Positions 26,711 to 40,750 of a DNA stretch of 64,000 bases are shown one piece after another. A program made the translations under genes and the position numbers. The notes beneath the pieces were generated by a model. The model ran no database searches and had not been told where the DNA came from. It was given only the letters and a program-made list of their open reading frames with translations. How positions within the stretch are numbered: position 1 is the first letter of the stretch; each line of letters begins with the position of its first letter. The stretch comes from Octopus vulgaris (Eukaryota): contig OX597836.1 of assembly GCA_951406725.2 (NCBI GenBank), positions 31,744,001 to 31,808,000 on the forward strand. Reading direction: 5' to 3'.

Positions 26711-27787
26711 AAAAGGATAATGTTTGAGGGGGGGGGAATAAATCAAAGAATTTCATGAATGTTTTGGATGGTGTTCTAGTAACAGTAGTATTATTAGGAT
26801 ATGTGCTGCATCCACTATTTGTTGGTGATCCCCTATTTCTCCTGGTGGATGATGCCTTTGCATCACTCAGGCAACAACCCTTTACCACATGGGTGTGTTT
26901 GGGTAGCTGCTGCTGGTGAGGGTTTTATGAAGCAGGTGTGCAAATCCTACCTCAACCTCTAATAGTCACCTTTGACAACATGCAAATGAAATGTCGAGTC
27001 TGTTCTTTGACATGTCAGAGCCTACACAGTACTGGAGCAACTTGAAATGAAGTGTTTTGCTCAAGAACACAGCACACACCCTGGTCCAGGTTCGATCTCA
27101 CAATCTAATGGTCATGAGGGCAATACCCAAAACACTAGGCCACGTGGTAGTGGGGAGACATCTGTTTGTCAGTCAATTTGAGAATAACTAACCGAACAGA
27201 CTTGTCTCACGTCTGAATATGGTGATTTTAGCTGACCACTCGTTTTAGTTCTCATTTCTTCTGACATAAGTATGCTTAAAATGGAAGAAACTCACTGCAG
27301 TCGTTGTTCTGGAAAACTTTTAAATCAATTTATGCAAAGATAATGAATGGTTAATGAATTCAGATGAAATCTTGACTCATACAATAAAGTTTGTCGTGAC
27401 AAAGATTGCATTTATATGTTACGAAGAAGCCAAATTAATTTCTCATGTCAACACTAACTCACAACTGAAAGCTGCTGCTGTTGGCTGCCGTCGTACTTTC
27501 TGACTGACACTCTACTTAATTGAAGCATTTTAAAAGCATGCCGTGAAATTATCTCGAGATCAGATCTTGTTGTTCAACAATAAAACACTGTAATGTTGGT
27601 GAGTTTTTGATTCTGGTCCACCAGACAGACAACAACACAATGTGTGTGTGTGTGTGTGTGTGTACATGCATTTCATTTCTACAGCTGCATTGTTTTTTTT
27701 TAAATTTTGGATTAATTAGATGGGGTTTCCTAGTCTATATTCCACAGATGGATGTCCCCTTGATGCCATTCCTTACTTGCTTTTCAA

Positions 27788-28026
27788 ATACCTATTTCTT
27801 TACTACCCACAAGCGGCTAAACACAGAGGGGACAAACAAGGACAAACAAACGGATGATTAAGCTGGGTATATCGACCCCAATGCATAACTGGTACTTAAT
27901 TTATCGATCCCGAAAGGATGAAAGGCAAAGTTGACCTCGGCGGAATTTGAACTCACAACGTAACGGCAGACGAAATACGGCTACGCATTTCGCCTGGCGT
28001 GCTAACGTTTCTGCCAGCTCGCCACC
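27788..28026 (-). mobile_element. Family-B SINE with TSD cttgcttttcaaa
   Basis: Reverse complement of the 29233 copy; 13-bp flanking direct repeat. Confidence 0.85.
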
Positions 28027-28407
28027 TTGCTTTTCAAAAATAGTTTATTCCACTGATTCCTATGCATTGGACTTGCAAGCTGCATAACTTTTAATGAGAG
28101 CAGGACATAAACAAACAACACTGTTGATCAAGCATTGTCAATGCAATGACACCTAGAAACGAACACAATTGCAAACAATACAATAACACATGGGTGCAAC
28201 GGGCAGCTTGGTGAATAATGATTCGCCAGAGGTGGATGGATGCACTCAGCGGGTCAGGTGTCTTTGTGCATGAAAGTCGGGAACACCTGCAGTCTCAGTC
28301 ACTGGGGTCACATGAAGCCGTAGCCTGTGCCGCGGGTACTTCTGATGTAGTGGCTCCTCTCCACACTAATATACCGGGAAGTCTCTGTGCCCTGAGCTCA
28401 CGTTCAC

Positions 28408-28795
28408 ACTGGCTGTGTGGTAAATAGCTTGCTCACAAACCACATGGTTCTGGGTTCAGTCCCACTGCATGGCACCATGGGCAAGTGTCTTCTACTATAG
28501 CCTCGGGCTGACCAAAGCCTTGTCAGTGGATTTGGTAGATGGAAACTGAAAGAAGCCTGTTGCATATATGTGTGTGTATATATGTTTGTGTGTCTATGTT
28601 TGTCCCCCCAACATCACTTGACAACCGATGTTGGTGTGTTGACATCCCCGCAACTTAGTGGTTTGGCAAAAGAGACCAATAGAATAAGTACTAGGCTTAC
28701 AAAGAATAAGTCCTGGGGTGGATTTGCTCGACTAAAGGCAGTGCTCCAGCATGGCCACAGTCAAGTGACTGAAACAAGTAAAAGAGTAAAAGAAA
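28408..28795 (+). mobile_element. Family-A SINE
   Basis: Matches 10440-10855. Confidence 0.85.
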
Positions 28796-28822
28796 GTATA
28801 AGAGTATACACATGTGCTTGTG

Positions 28823-28892
<70 letters not shown>

Positions 28893-28949
28893 TGCACATA
28901 TATACCTTATTCATGGGATAACCAGATTCATGGGATTTCACATGCACAC

Positions 28950-29527
28950 AGTATCAAGCAGTGAGACTGAATGCTCAACACTGCATTGGTGGATAAATAA
29001 TATTCTTCATTTGTGAGATAACCAGGCTACCATTGGTTTTATGTTGAGAGAGATAACACTTAGCAATTATTCAAGTCCATCACATGGGATGTTGGTGCTT
29101 GTCTCCATCTTGAATAAAACCAACGTCCTATGTGGCAGACTTCAATAATTGTTGAGAGACATCTCTCACAGCATGAGACCAATGATAGTCTTGTTACCTC
29201 ACAAATAAAGAATATTATTAAATATTATTTAAAAGGCGGCGAGCTGGCAGAAACGTTAGCACGCCGGGCGACCTGTGTAGCCGTATTTCGTCTGTCGTTA
29301 CGTTCCGAGTTCAAATTCCGCTGAGGTCGACTTTGCCTTTCATCCTTTCGGGGTCGATAAATTAAGTACCAGTTACGCACTGGGGTCGATGTAATCGACT
29401 TAATCCCTTTGTCTGTCCTTGTTTGTCCCCTCTGTGTTTAGCCCCTTGTGGGTAGTAAAGAAATAAATAAAGAATATTATTTATCCACCAATGCATCGTT
29501 GAGCACTCATTCTCGCTGTTTGATACT
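28950..29527. mobile_element. MITE with about 55-bp TIRs, interrupted by a family-B SINE
   Basis: gtatcaagcagtgagactgaatgctcaac...ggtggataaataatattctt is inverted at 29470-29527. Confidence 0.7.
29233..29465 (+). mobile_element. Family-B SINE (ggcggcgagctggcagaa...gcctttcatcctttcggggtcgataaa...gtagtaaagaaata)
   Basis: B box gagttcaaattcc; flanked by duplicated aaataaagaatattatt; inserted in a MITE. Confidence 0.85.
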
Positions 29528-29942
29528 AATGTGTGTGTGTGTGTGGGCACAAACATAGCTGCATAGATAAGAAGTCTAAAATTTTGTCTTGGCACATGTA
29601 AAAAGCACCCAGTACACTCCATAAAGTGGTTGGCATTAGGAAGGGCATCCAGCCATAGAAACCATGCCACAACAGAAAGCTGGAGTTTGGACAGCTCCTT
29701 GCTAGCTGTTTCCTTTTAAACCATCCAACCCATGCCAGTATGAAAAGCGGACATTAAATGATAATGCTGATGATGCCGATGGATCTCATAGCTAGGGGTT
29801 CAGTTCTGCTGTGTGAATGCTGTTGGCTAGCATTTATTCTGTTATAGCCATGGATCAATCAATACCTTGTGAGTGACTGTTAGTAAATGGAAACTAAAGA
29901 AATATGTCTGTCTGTCTGTATGTCTGTATGTATGTATGTATG

Positions 29943-30000
<58 letters not shown>

Positions 30001-30442
30001 CCTATCTATCTTTTACCCTCATGTGAGGCCAGATCAGACAGACTTGCTATATATATATATATACATTACTATACCCTTAATGTAGTTAGCATGACACAAA
30101 ATGTGACAAGGATGATTCTTTTGAAATACTGGCACTACTCATTTATGCCAGTTGAGCGAACTGGAGCAAAACGAAATAAAGTGTCTTGCTCAAGGACGCA
30201 ATGCGATGCTAGGAATTGAACTCACAATCATGAATCACAAACCCTAACCACTAAGCCACATGCCTTCATGTTTACATTTGTCTACACTATAATTCTACAT
30301 CAAATTGTATGCCAGAAGATAAATATGATATTGGAATCTATATGATCAAGTAAGACCCTTCAAGGTGGTGCTCCAGCATGGCCCCAATCCAGTGACTGAA
30401 ACAAGTAAAAAGATAAAAGAATAAAATAAAATAAAAACTTAC

Positions 30443-30614
30443 TGTTACGATTGAGTACAGATTTGGTGAGCTCAGCGTTGGATAGACGCTCTGCATATAT
30501 GTTGCATGTACACCTTCCTGGGCCAACATTTGTAGTGTTTTTGTGACATTTCTATCAAGGTAATTTGCTCTGAAATGTCCTATGGCTATTAGCAACAACG
30601 GATGTCTGTCAGAA
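30443..30614 (-). CDS. ENPP: ENPP-family gene exon: start of phosphodiesterase domain (SDRHPLLLIAIGHFRANYLDRNVTKTLQMLAQEGVHATYMQSVYPTLSSPNLYSIVT)
   Basis: Acceptor ttttttag and donor GTAAGT; 172 nt, phase 2/0. Aligns to the ENPP motif PLLLISLDGFRAEYL...MRPVYPTKTFPNHYSIVT. Confidence 0.93.
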
Positions 30615-31606
30615 CTAAAAAATAAAATGATGTAAATTGATAACCGAAAGATAAAGAACTAAAAGATGGTAAAACTATACTATTATTTTGTTACAGTGGA
30701 TCTTGAAGCATATAAAGCTATAGTTAACAACATGTAAATACTAGGTTGAAAAGTTCTCGTGGAGAGAAAAAATCAAAAGCTATCCATATAACAAGACCCT
30801 GCATCTCCTACAGACACAACAACCTTTGACATTTTCTGTCCAAAAATGTTTTCCAACCCAATTTTTACATGCTGTTATTTATAGCTCTATGTGTTTCAAG
30901 ATCCATTGTTCCAAAAAAAAAAACAAACATTATTTTATATTCTCTTTTAAGTTAATAAATACTTTTGATGTTGACATCATTATTTCAATTTTAGGTAGAG
31001 TACAATGATCTTTTGTAAGGAGAATACCTTAACTTCCATCTACCATAAAAATGTACCTCCATCCCACTCCTCAGGTTTTGTAGATTTGTGATTTGCATGA
31101 CTTCCTCACTAATGCCAGTTGTGAGAAGAAAACACCCAGTATAAGCTGTAAAGTGGTTGGCACCAAGAAGGACATCCAGCTGTAAAAACCCTGTAAAAGC
31201 AGACACTGCAGGTCGACGCAGTCCTTGGGCCCAATGAATCCTGTTAAGCTGTCCAACCCATGCCAGCATGGAACATGGACATTAAACGATGATGATGATG
31301 GTGGTGATGATGATGGTGTTGTGTAATGGTTCTACCAGTTTTCATGCGAGTTGGATGGTCATATCAAAATAAGTCAATACAATGTAAAGCTTGTTTGATG
31401 ATGGAAAAAGTGGCCACTGATGTTCTGTACAGGACTTGTTTGGTTTTTCATAAGTTTTGACTGTAGGTCTGTATCAATTATGAAAATTGCGTTTCATAGC
31501 ATATTAAGTATCTAATTGTCTGAGATGAGTTCTTGTTAATACAATTAGACTGTTTTGAACTTCTAACCTCATCTACAGAGAACAAATAACTTTTAATATT
31601 TACATA

Positions 31607-31873
31607 TAGGCATAGGAGTGGCTGTGTGGTACATAGCTTGTTTACCAACCACATGGTTCTGGTTCCAGTTCCACTATGTGGCACCTTGGACAAATGTCTT
31701 CTACTATAGCCTCGGGCCAACCAAAGCCTTGTGAGTGGATTTGGTAGATGGAAACTGAAAGAAGCCTGTCGTATATATGTATATATATTTATATATATAT
31801 ATTGATAAAAATGGTAAGACAGCAAAAGAATGAAAGAGACCTCAATAAATTCCTCTATTTAGATATATGTATG

Positions 31874-31904
<31 letters not shown>

Positions 31905-31980
31905 GTTTGTGTATCTGTGTTTGTCTCCCCAACATCACTTGACAACCGATGCTGGTGTGTTTATGTCCCTGTAACTTAAG
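31607..31980 (+). mobile_element. Family-A SINE, 3'-truncated
   Basis: Matches the 5' two-thirds of the consensus. Confidence 0.8.
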
Positions 31981-32527
31981 CAAATGAAGAGATGACAGAT
32001 AGGTCATGAACTAGCATAACTGAATGGTTAAGAGGCTTGCTTCTCAACTATGTGGTCTTGGGTTCAGTCCCATCGTATGGCTCTTTGAGCAAGTGCCTTC
32101 TACTATTTCTTCAAATCTAACTAAGTCTTGTGAGTGGATTTGATAGATAGAAACTGAAAGAAGTTTGTCATGTGTATGTGTGTGTGTGTATATATATATA
32201 TATAAAAAGGAATACAAAAAATGGGACAAGAATGCAAAACATCTAGACAGTTAGATGATACAAAAGCGGGACAAGAAAAAAACAAGGTTGAGTCATTCAG
32301 AGTTTTCTTTCCTCAGTCGAGTTCCAGATTATCTTTGCAATTTCAGCTGGTTATACTCGAGATTGCTCTAATCTGGCCAGCCCCAAGGAAAAACTAAGGT
32401 AAGAGTGCTAGATTCCTTGGAAGAAATCAGAGAATGTATACGCACACAAGGATGGGAAAAAAACGCAAATAACAGGACATTAACAACAGGTGTCTTTCGC
32501 CTAAGGACAAATTAAATTGAGCTGGCG

Positions 32528-32571
<44 letters not shown>

Positions 32572-32575
<4 letters not shown>

Positions 32576-32745
32576 CAAATTTACAGAAAATAAAAGATGG
32601 AGAGAGGTGAGGGTACAGCAAGCAAGTGTATTATTTTAACGCTCAGGAAGAATGGCAAAGTCTTTGACGTTTCAAGCCTATGCTCTTTGACAGAAAGGAT
32701 TGAGAGGAAAAAAATGGAATGAGAACAAAATCATGGAGAGGAAAA
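32572..32745 (-). mobile_element. Related pseudo-LTR fragment with degenerate minimal HHR (32662-32697)
   Basis: Minus strand reads cttt-ctgtcaa-a-gagc-atag-gctt-GAAACGTC-aaag. Shares cctgagcgt..aataatac with the 11310/18680/22590 family; abuts (TA)n. Confidence 0.5.
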
Positions 32746-33524
32746 AGTATATACATGTTTGTATGTGTGTGTGTGTGTGTATGTGTGTGTGTATGTATCT
32801 TTATGTATCTTTGTGTTTGTCCCTAATCACCACTTGACAACAGGCGTTTGTCTGTTTGCATCCCAGTAACTTAACAGTTCAGCAAAAAAGACCGATAAAA
32901 TAAATACCAGTTTTAGAAAAATTAATACTGGGCTCAATCTGTTTGCCTAAACCCTTGAAGGAGTTGCCCCAGCATGGTCACAGACTAACGTCTGAAACGA
33001 GTGAAAATACACAGGAAAGCCAGAACGGCTCAGTCTGTCCTGGCCCATGGCTAAATAACAAAGAACAGACACACTTATAAATTTTTTGAGAATTGATATC
33101 TCATATAAAATACTCCTAGCTCGTTCCTGTCACCCCTACCAACCACCACCACCAGCACCAGCACCACCACCAGCACCACCACCAAATCAAGAGAGAATGT
33201 CAAAACAAATTTTCTCTGCGTCATTGAATAAAAGTTATGATTTATTTGGAATTATGAAACCCAATAAGAAAAGTTCTTCCATTATACAAAATTCTTTGGT
33301 TTTCTGTGTCTGTGTGTGTGTGTATGTGTGTGATTAATTTCATTGGAACATATTTATTCTTAGTGATATTGTCTGCAGAGTGTATGTAAGTCTTGTAAAA
33401 CGTGCTTGTTTTCTGGAGACATTCTTGTAGTCTTAATGCTATTACTGAACAGGATATATTCACGAACAAATGAATGGAACTCAATAAATGTTTTTTTTTT
33501 TATCTTTAAACTATTCTTGTTTGT

Positions 33525-34925
<1,401 letters not shown>

Positions 34926-35409
34926 ATGTATATAAAATTAGCATACATTTAAACACAATAGAGGCGACCCTTAACAGGCAGCCTTACATTCTAGAAGTAG
35001 AAGTCAAAACGACCAAAACCACATTTAAGAGCAATTTCGAAGGGAATGAAAAATAAAAAAAGTTTTACCTTGTATCTTTATAGCCATACCTAGGTTTCAA
35101 ACTCTATTTTAGTAATTTGCTAGGCGAAGTTCTCATCATTGGCTACGCCAAAACATTAACATATAATTTAGAGACAGAATATCATGTCTCATCATTATAT
35201 ATTATAATTTTTCAAATTCACTGCAAGTGCAGTTTCAATTGGCAGGAAACCAGCAAATTAATATCTATGCAATCCAGTAAGAAATAGCAGCCAAATATAC
35301 ACAAAATTATACTTTAGTGGACTCCACTAAAATCATCCCGAATATTACGTGGTAATGTGTTAAATCAATTGAAAATGGATGAAGGTGTTGTTGACCTAGT
35401 TGTAGATGT

Positions 35410-36025
35410 AGTAGAGATGTTTGTAGAGAGCAGAGGCATTGGAGGAACTTGTAAAGAACGGAGGCATTTGTAGAGAGTGGAGGTACTTGTAGAGAATGGA
35501 GTCATTTGTAGAGAGTGGAGGCACTTGTAGTGAGTGGAAGCATTTGAAGAAAGCTGAAGCATTTGTAGAGAGTGGAGGCATTTGTAGAGAATAGAGGCAT
35601 TTGTAGTGAGTGGAAGCATTTGAAGAAAGCTGAAGTATTTGTAGAGAGTAGATGCATTTGTAGAGAGTGGAGGCATTTGTAGTGAGTGGAAGCATTTGAA
35701 GAAAGCTGAAGCATTTGTAGAGAGTGGAGGCATTTGTAGAGAATAGAGGCATTTGTAGTGAGTGGAAGCATTTGAAGAAAGCTGAAGCATTTGTAGAGAG
35801 TGGAGGCATTTGTAGAGAATAGAGGCATTTGTAGTGAGTGGAAGCATTTGAAGAAAGCTGAAGTATTTGTAGAGAGTAGATGCATTTGTAGAGAGTGGAG
35901 GCATTTGTAGTGAGTGGAAGCATTTGAAGAAAGCTGAAGTATTTGTAGAGAGTAGATGCATTTGTAGAGAGTGGAGGAACTTGTAGTAAAGAGCAAGGAA
36001 ATTTGTAGAGATTAAAGCATTTGTT
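35410..36025. repeat. 19-bp minisatellite with 76-bp higher-order repeat
   Basis: Unit gcatttgtagagagtggag with five variants in ordered tetramers. Confidence 0.9.
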
Positions 36026-36533
36026 GCCAGGTTAGCAGCTCCCTTGTTTTTATTTACACTGCAGAAGGCTACAAACCTGTAACAGACTTTAGATTCTTAA
36101 TGATAAGCAAATTTAATGACATTCTGTACACTCTCACTTGCAAGACATTTTGTCTTGTACTAACATTTCTCTTATATCTCTAATCTGATTAGATGAATAA
36201 TAATTTATTTAACTATTGACTAAGTTAATTCTCAAAGATCTGAAATATCACTGGCAGAATTAGTCTCCACAAGTACATCATTAGTAATTATGTTATAAAA
36301 CCCCAGAGTGACAGGACACAAAGTTTACAATGGAGCATAATTAAAACTTATTGAGGTGTAGATTTGGTAGTGTGGTTAAGAAGCCTGCGTGTCAAAACCA
36401 TGTCATCTCAGGTTCAGTCCCACTGCACAGCATCTTGGGTAAGTGTCTTCTAAAATAGCTCCAGGTTTACCAAAGCTTTGAAGCCTGTTATGGAACTTAG
36501 TGGTTTGGCAAAAGAGACCAACAAAATAAATAC

Positions 36534-36566
<33 letters not shown>

Positions 36567-37164
36567 TGTTTAACATCCGCTTTCCATGCTAGCATGGGTT
36601 GGATGATTTGACTGAGGACTGGCGAACCAGATGGCTGCACCAGGCTCCAATCTTGATTTGGCAGAGTTTCTACAGCTGGATGCCCTTCCTAACGCCAACC
36701 ACTCCGAGAGTGTAGTGGGTGCTTTTACATGCCACTGTCATGAGGGCCAGTCAGGCGGTACTGGCAATGGCCAAGCTCAAATGGTGTTTTTTATGTGCCA
36801 CCTGCACAGGAGCCAGTCCAGCGGCACTGGCAACGACCTTACTCGAATGGTTTTTCACGTGCACCATGTTTAAAACAATAAAAAAGTACTTGGGTTAATT
36901 CATTTGATTAAAAGTTATTCAAGGTGGTGCCCCAGCATGGCCACAGTCTAATGACTGAAACAAGTAAAAGATAACTATCCAGAGGGAAATATATTTATTA
37001 ACAACTGTATAAACTCACAGGTTTTTGACCTGTAACTAGTTTGATACGTGCCTACGCACAAAACTCTTGGACCTTGAGCCACTCGGCTACTACAGTGTCT
37101 ACTCTTCACTACCAGTGAACTAAGGTAACACCCTTTATTTTTTGAGCACCAGCCAGTGTATTTG

Positions 37165-37250
37165 AGTGGTTCCAAGCAGTGCTGTTTTCTGCAAGTGCTC
37201 CACCCTTATTGTAGCCCCTATTTGTACCATGTACTTCTCGAGATTATTAT
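37165..37250 (-). mobile_element. R4/Dong-like non-LTR retrotransposon C-terminal fragment
   Basis: LEKYMVQIGATIRVEHLQKTALLGT resembles the RLE-element C-terminus LQKTALLGTARIL; adjacent to (AAT)n. Confidence 0.55.
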
Positions 37251-37624
37251 TGAGTGAGAGAGCAGTGCATGCCATCAAAGTGACACTGGGGTAAAATATA
37301 TGAAGCCCAGTATACTCATCATGACTACCTGTCTGATAAGGGTACACTAGGCACATGCATCACAACCATGTGTGCACAACATGGTGATCTCATATCAAGA
37401 TAAACAGCACATGACCTTGCAAGTGGGGCTCAGTTAGAATTTTCTTCTGGTCGAGTAACCCATTCCGCTCAAAAGATCCCTGAATAAGGATGTTGAATGA
37501 AACACCCATGTTTCCAGAGGTGAATTATTCGAACCCCAAAGAATCCCTCTCAATACATGGCTATGATGCTTAAGAGAATCGTGCCAGTGACCAAGTTAGT
37601 GAATGGAGTAAAGCTTTTCAATAT

Positions 37625-37662
<38 letters not shown>

Positions 37663-38395
37663 TTAATGTCCGTTTTCCATGCTGGCATTGATTGGACAGT
37701 TTACCAAAATTGGTAATCCAGGGAGCTGCACCATGTTCAAATTGTCTGTTTCGGCATGGCTTCTACAGCTGGATGCCTTCTTAATGCCAACCTCTTTACA
37801 GAATGAACTGGGTGCTTTCTATGTGGCATCAACATGGTTGTTTTTGTGTGTGGCACCAGCATAGGTGGTTTTTATGTGGCACCAGCACAGGTGGTTTTAT
37901 GTGGCACCAGTATAGGTCGTTTTTATGTGGCACCAGCATAGATGGTTTTTATGTGGTACCAGTACAGGTGCTTTTTACAGGACACCAGCAGCAGCAGGTT
38001 GCCATGTAGCTTGCAAGACAGAGACCTTTCAGCTGAGAGAGGGAGTGGAATTGAAAAAAGTAGTTGTGTACCTGGTGAGAGGTAGAAGTATGATAGAGGG
38101 ACAGAGACAGTTGTCTTACCAGAGGGGAGATACTTGGCTATCCCAGTAGGACAAAGGAGAGGAAGATGAAAGAGTGAAAGATATAGAGATAGAGTGAGAG
38201 AGAAATAGAGAGAGAGTGAGGACCTACCCACTATAAACAGTGGTGGGTGTGCAACATGAACATTTGAGGGAATAGAGGGGAATGTTCCATAAGAATGTAG
38301 TGGGAGGTGTTTAGAGACACCAAGTGTTGGTAAGAGGAATTGGAGTGGCCAAGGGTGGGTAATAAAGAGATAAATGAAAAGCGAATGCAATAGAG

Positions 38396-38940
38396 TCGAA
38401 GGTTATAATGGACACAGGTTCATGTGTCACACAGCTAGCTAGAGGCGATGGCCTCTTGGTGCTAATCAGGGGCAACATTTGTCCTATATTTCTGGACTGC
38501 CATATTAGCTTGGCAATAACTATTAATATCCGGTACTGCTGCTGTAGTCTCCTTTAGAGAGACTTAGAAATATTAATATTTCTATTTTTGAAAACCAGTG
38601 GATATATTCCACTGAATTTCGGTAAAAAATCCTTCGAACAGATGGTTAGTAGCGACGCCTGCTGGTTTTGGATGCTCTGCATTGACAAGGGGCAAATACC
38701 CTGAAACTAGTCTGCAGATAACTGACCAGCAAGGGGAAGTGGCTGACCTCCCCTGTTCGAAGGTTATAATGGACACAGGTTCGTGTGTCACATAGCTAGC
38801 TTGAGGCGATGGCCTCTTGGAGCTAATCAGTGGCAGCATTCGTCCTATATTTCTTGATTGCTATATTAGCTTGGCAATAACTATTAATATCCAGTACCGC
38901 TTTGGAGAGACTAAGAAATAATAATAATATTTCTGTTTTT
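38396..38940 (+). mobile_element. Retrozyme-like tandem repeat (361-bp monomer, about 1.5 copies) carrying a hammerhead ribozyme
   Basis: tcgaaggttataatggacacagg occurs at 38396 and again at 38757. Many internal hairpins; HHR at 38676-38718. Confidence 0.8.
38676..38718 (+). ncRNA. Type I minimal hammerhead ribozyme (U3-A8 variant)
   Basis: Stem I tctgca/tgcaga; core TTGACAA; stem II gggg-caaata-ccct; GAAA; palindromic ACTAGT stem III; GUC cleavage site after 38712. Confidence 0.8.
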
Positions 38941-39338
38941 CTTTCCTTTTTACTCTTGTTGTTGATCTTAAAATGATTAAAATGACTCTTCCATGATGCA
39001 ATTGTTCCATTTCCAGTCATTTGGCAAACAATTAATAGCTCTGAAATATTTAATGAAGTGTGTGAGAGTATATGAGTATATGTATTGTGAAGGCATGTGA
39101 CCTAGTGGTCTGAGTTCAAAATTCCACCAAGGTCGACTTTCACCTTCACCCTATCAAGGTCAAGTATATAAGTACCAGTTGAACACTGGGGTTGATGTTA
39201 TCAACTTACCCCCCCCTTAATTGCTGGCCTTGTGCCAAAAATTGAAACCAATATATCAAAAGTGAGATTTGAAGATTGTTATTACACACTTTCAGTGTAA
39301 ATAGAAAGATCTTGTTTAAATTAAATTAAATTGCTTAC

Positions 39339-39478
39339 GCTTTTAATGGTGTTGTAGTAGTTGGTATTTTTGTCGTTGTTGTTGTTGGCTTTGTTTGGTT
39401 TAAGGCTTCTACATTCTTGTGTGTTTTCCCAGTAACATGTATTCCAACACCAACTCCTATAGCTGTGCAAAGAAGAGT
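39339..39478 (-). CDS. ENPP: ENPP-family gene exon: end of TM helix plus Thr-rich stalk (TLLCTAIGVGVGIHVTGK...KPTTTTTKIPTTTTPLKA)
   Basis: Acceptor ttcttctgtgttgcag and donor GTAAGC; 140 nt, phase 0/2. Phase-compatible with both flanking exons. Confidence 0.8.
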
Positions 39479-40006
39479 CTGCAACACAGAAGAAATAGGA
39501 AATTTGAAATTTGCAAAAAAAAAAAAGAAAAGAAAAAAAAACAACAGGAAAAAAGTGCTACATTTGGAGTAAAAGTTGTTTGCTTGGAATTACATTTTTG
39601 GTATAAAGTGTTCGAAATTTTCAACAGACAGGAAATTAGAGAAACCAGAGAAAAAGGGGAAAAGAAAAAAAACATAACATATTCTTTAAGAAGAAAATAA
39701 TTTAAAGAATTCAAGTGAAAGACTGAAAACCAAGAAGTGAAATGATATTCTAATATATTCAAATCGAAATAAATTCTGTGAGGAGTTTTCTTCATAACCA
39801 GGTGTTTCTTGGTAGAATCCCATGTAAAATAATTGTTATAATATCGACAGATATGGAAAGAGAATTTATAACCTATTCTGTAGCACCTCTGACAACTGGC
39901 TTCCGCTGTAAGCTTAATCAATAATTTGCACGTAGAATTGATAGACAAAATTGTGCAGCAGCACCTGGCTCTTCCTCTGTCTCTGTCTCTCTCTCTCTAT
40001 ACATAC

Positions 40007-40048
<42 letters not shown>

Positions 40049-40689
40049 AATAATATGTATATATCATTTATATTATATAACTGAACACCACGCATCTTCC
40101 TCCAAGTAAGTTTTATCTTAATAATTCTGATGCGCACTCTATACAATCTTTTTATTCTTTCATTTCTCTCTCTTATTCTTTTACCTCCTCTTCTCAATTC
40201 TCTATCTCCCTCACTCACATGGCTCCCAGGGGACCATCGGCCATCTTTCTTTCTTTCTCTCCATTGTAGCTGGAACAAGGAAGACGTGTTCTTGTTTGTC
40301 GCCTGTCCAAGCTTGATTTACGCATTCACCACCACAACCTTGTTTAGGCTTAGCAGCCCTTCCTGTTTGTTTTCACTGTCCTATTTGTGTTACCTAAAAT
40401 TCCAAATTTTATATAATTTGCTTTGCAGGAGCAACTGTTTTATCGAAAGCATATATTGTTGTTAAATGCTCGAAATACGAGACTAGAAAAACAGCCAACA
40501 CCTGATAATGGGTCGTTCTTTATATTTGTTTTGTTTTCCATTTGTGTTTTTCATTGTTTGAAAGAATAGTTCATGTTCCATGTACTTGTACTTTGTACAC
40601 TTTTGTTGTACATATTTCATGACGTCCTGCGCCCACATATGCATATATATACATATTGATGTAAGTATGTACACATATGTATGTATATA

Positions 40690-40750
<61 letters not shown>

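Noticed and set aside
30470-30580. A-to-I editing restoring the canonical Asp and Thr
   Set aside because: GGA->GAY and AGC->ACN cannot be produced by A-to-G changes.
35069-35089. Possible 21-nt phase-2 micro-exon (YGYKDT) on the minus strand
   Set aside because: The acceptor lacks a pyrimidine tract, the donor is weak, and the exon is not needed for frame.
35365-35996. Three overlapping repetitive ORFs, and a CRISPR-like appearance
   Set aside because: The 19-bp unit rotates frames. There are no unique spacers and no cas genes, and the context is eukaryotic.
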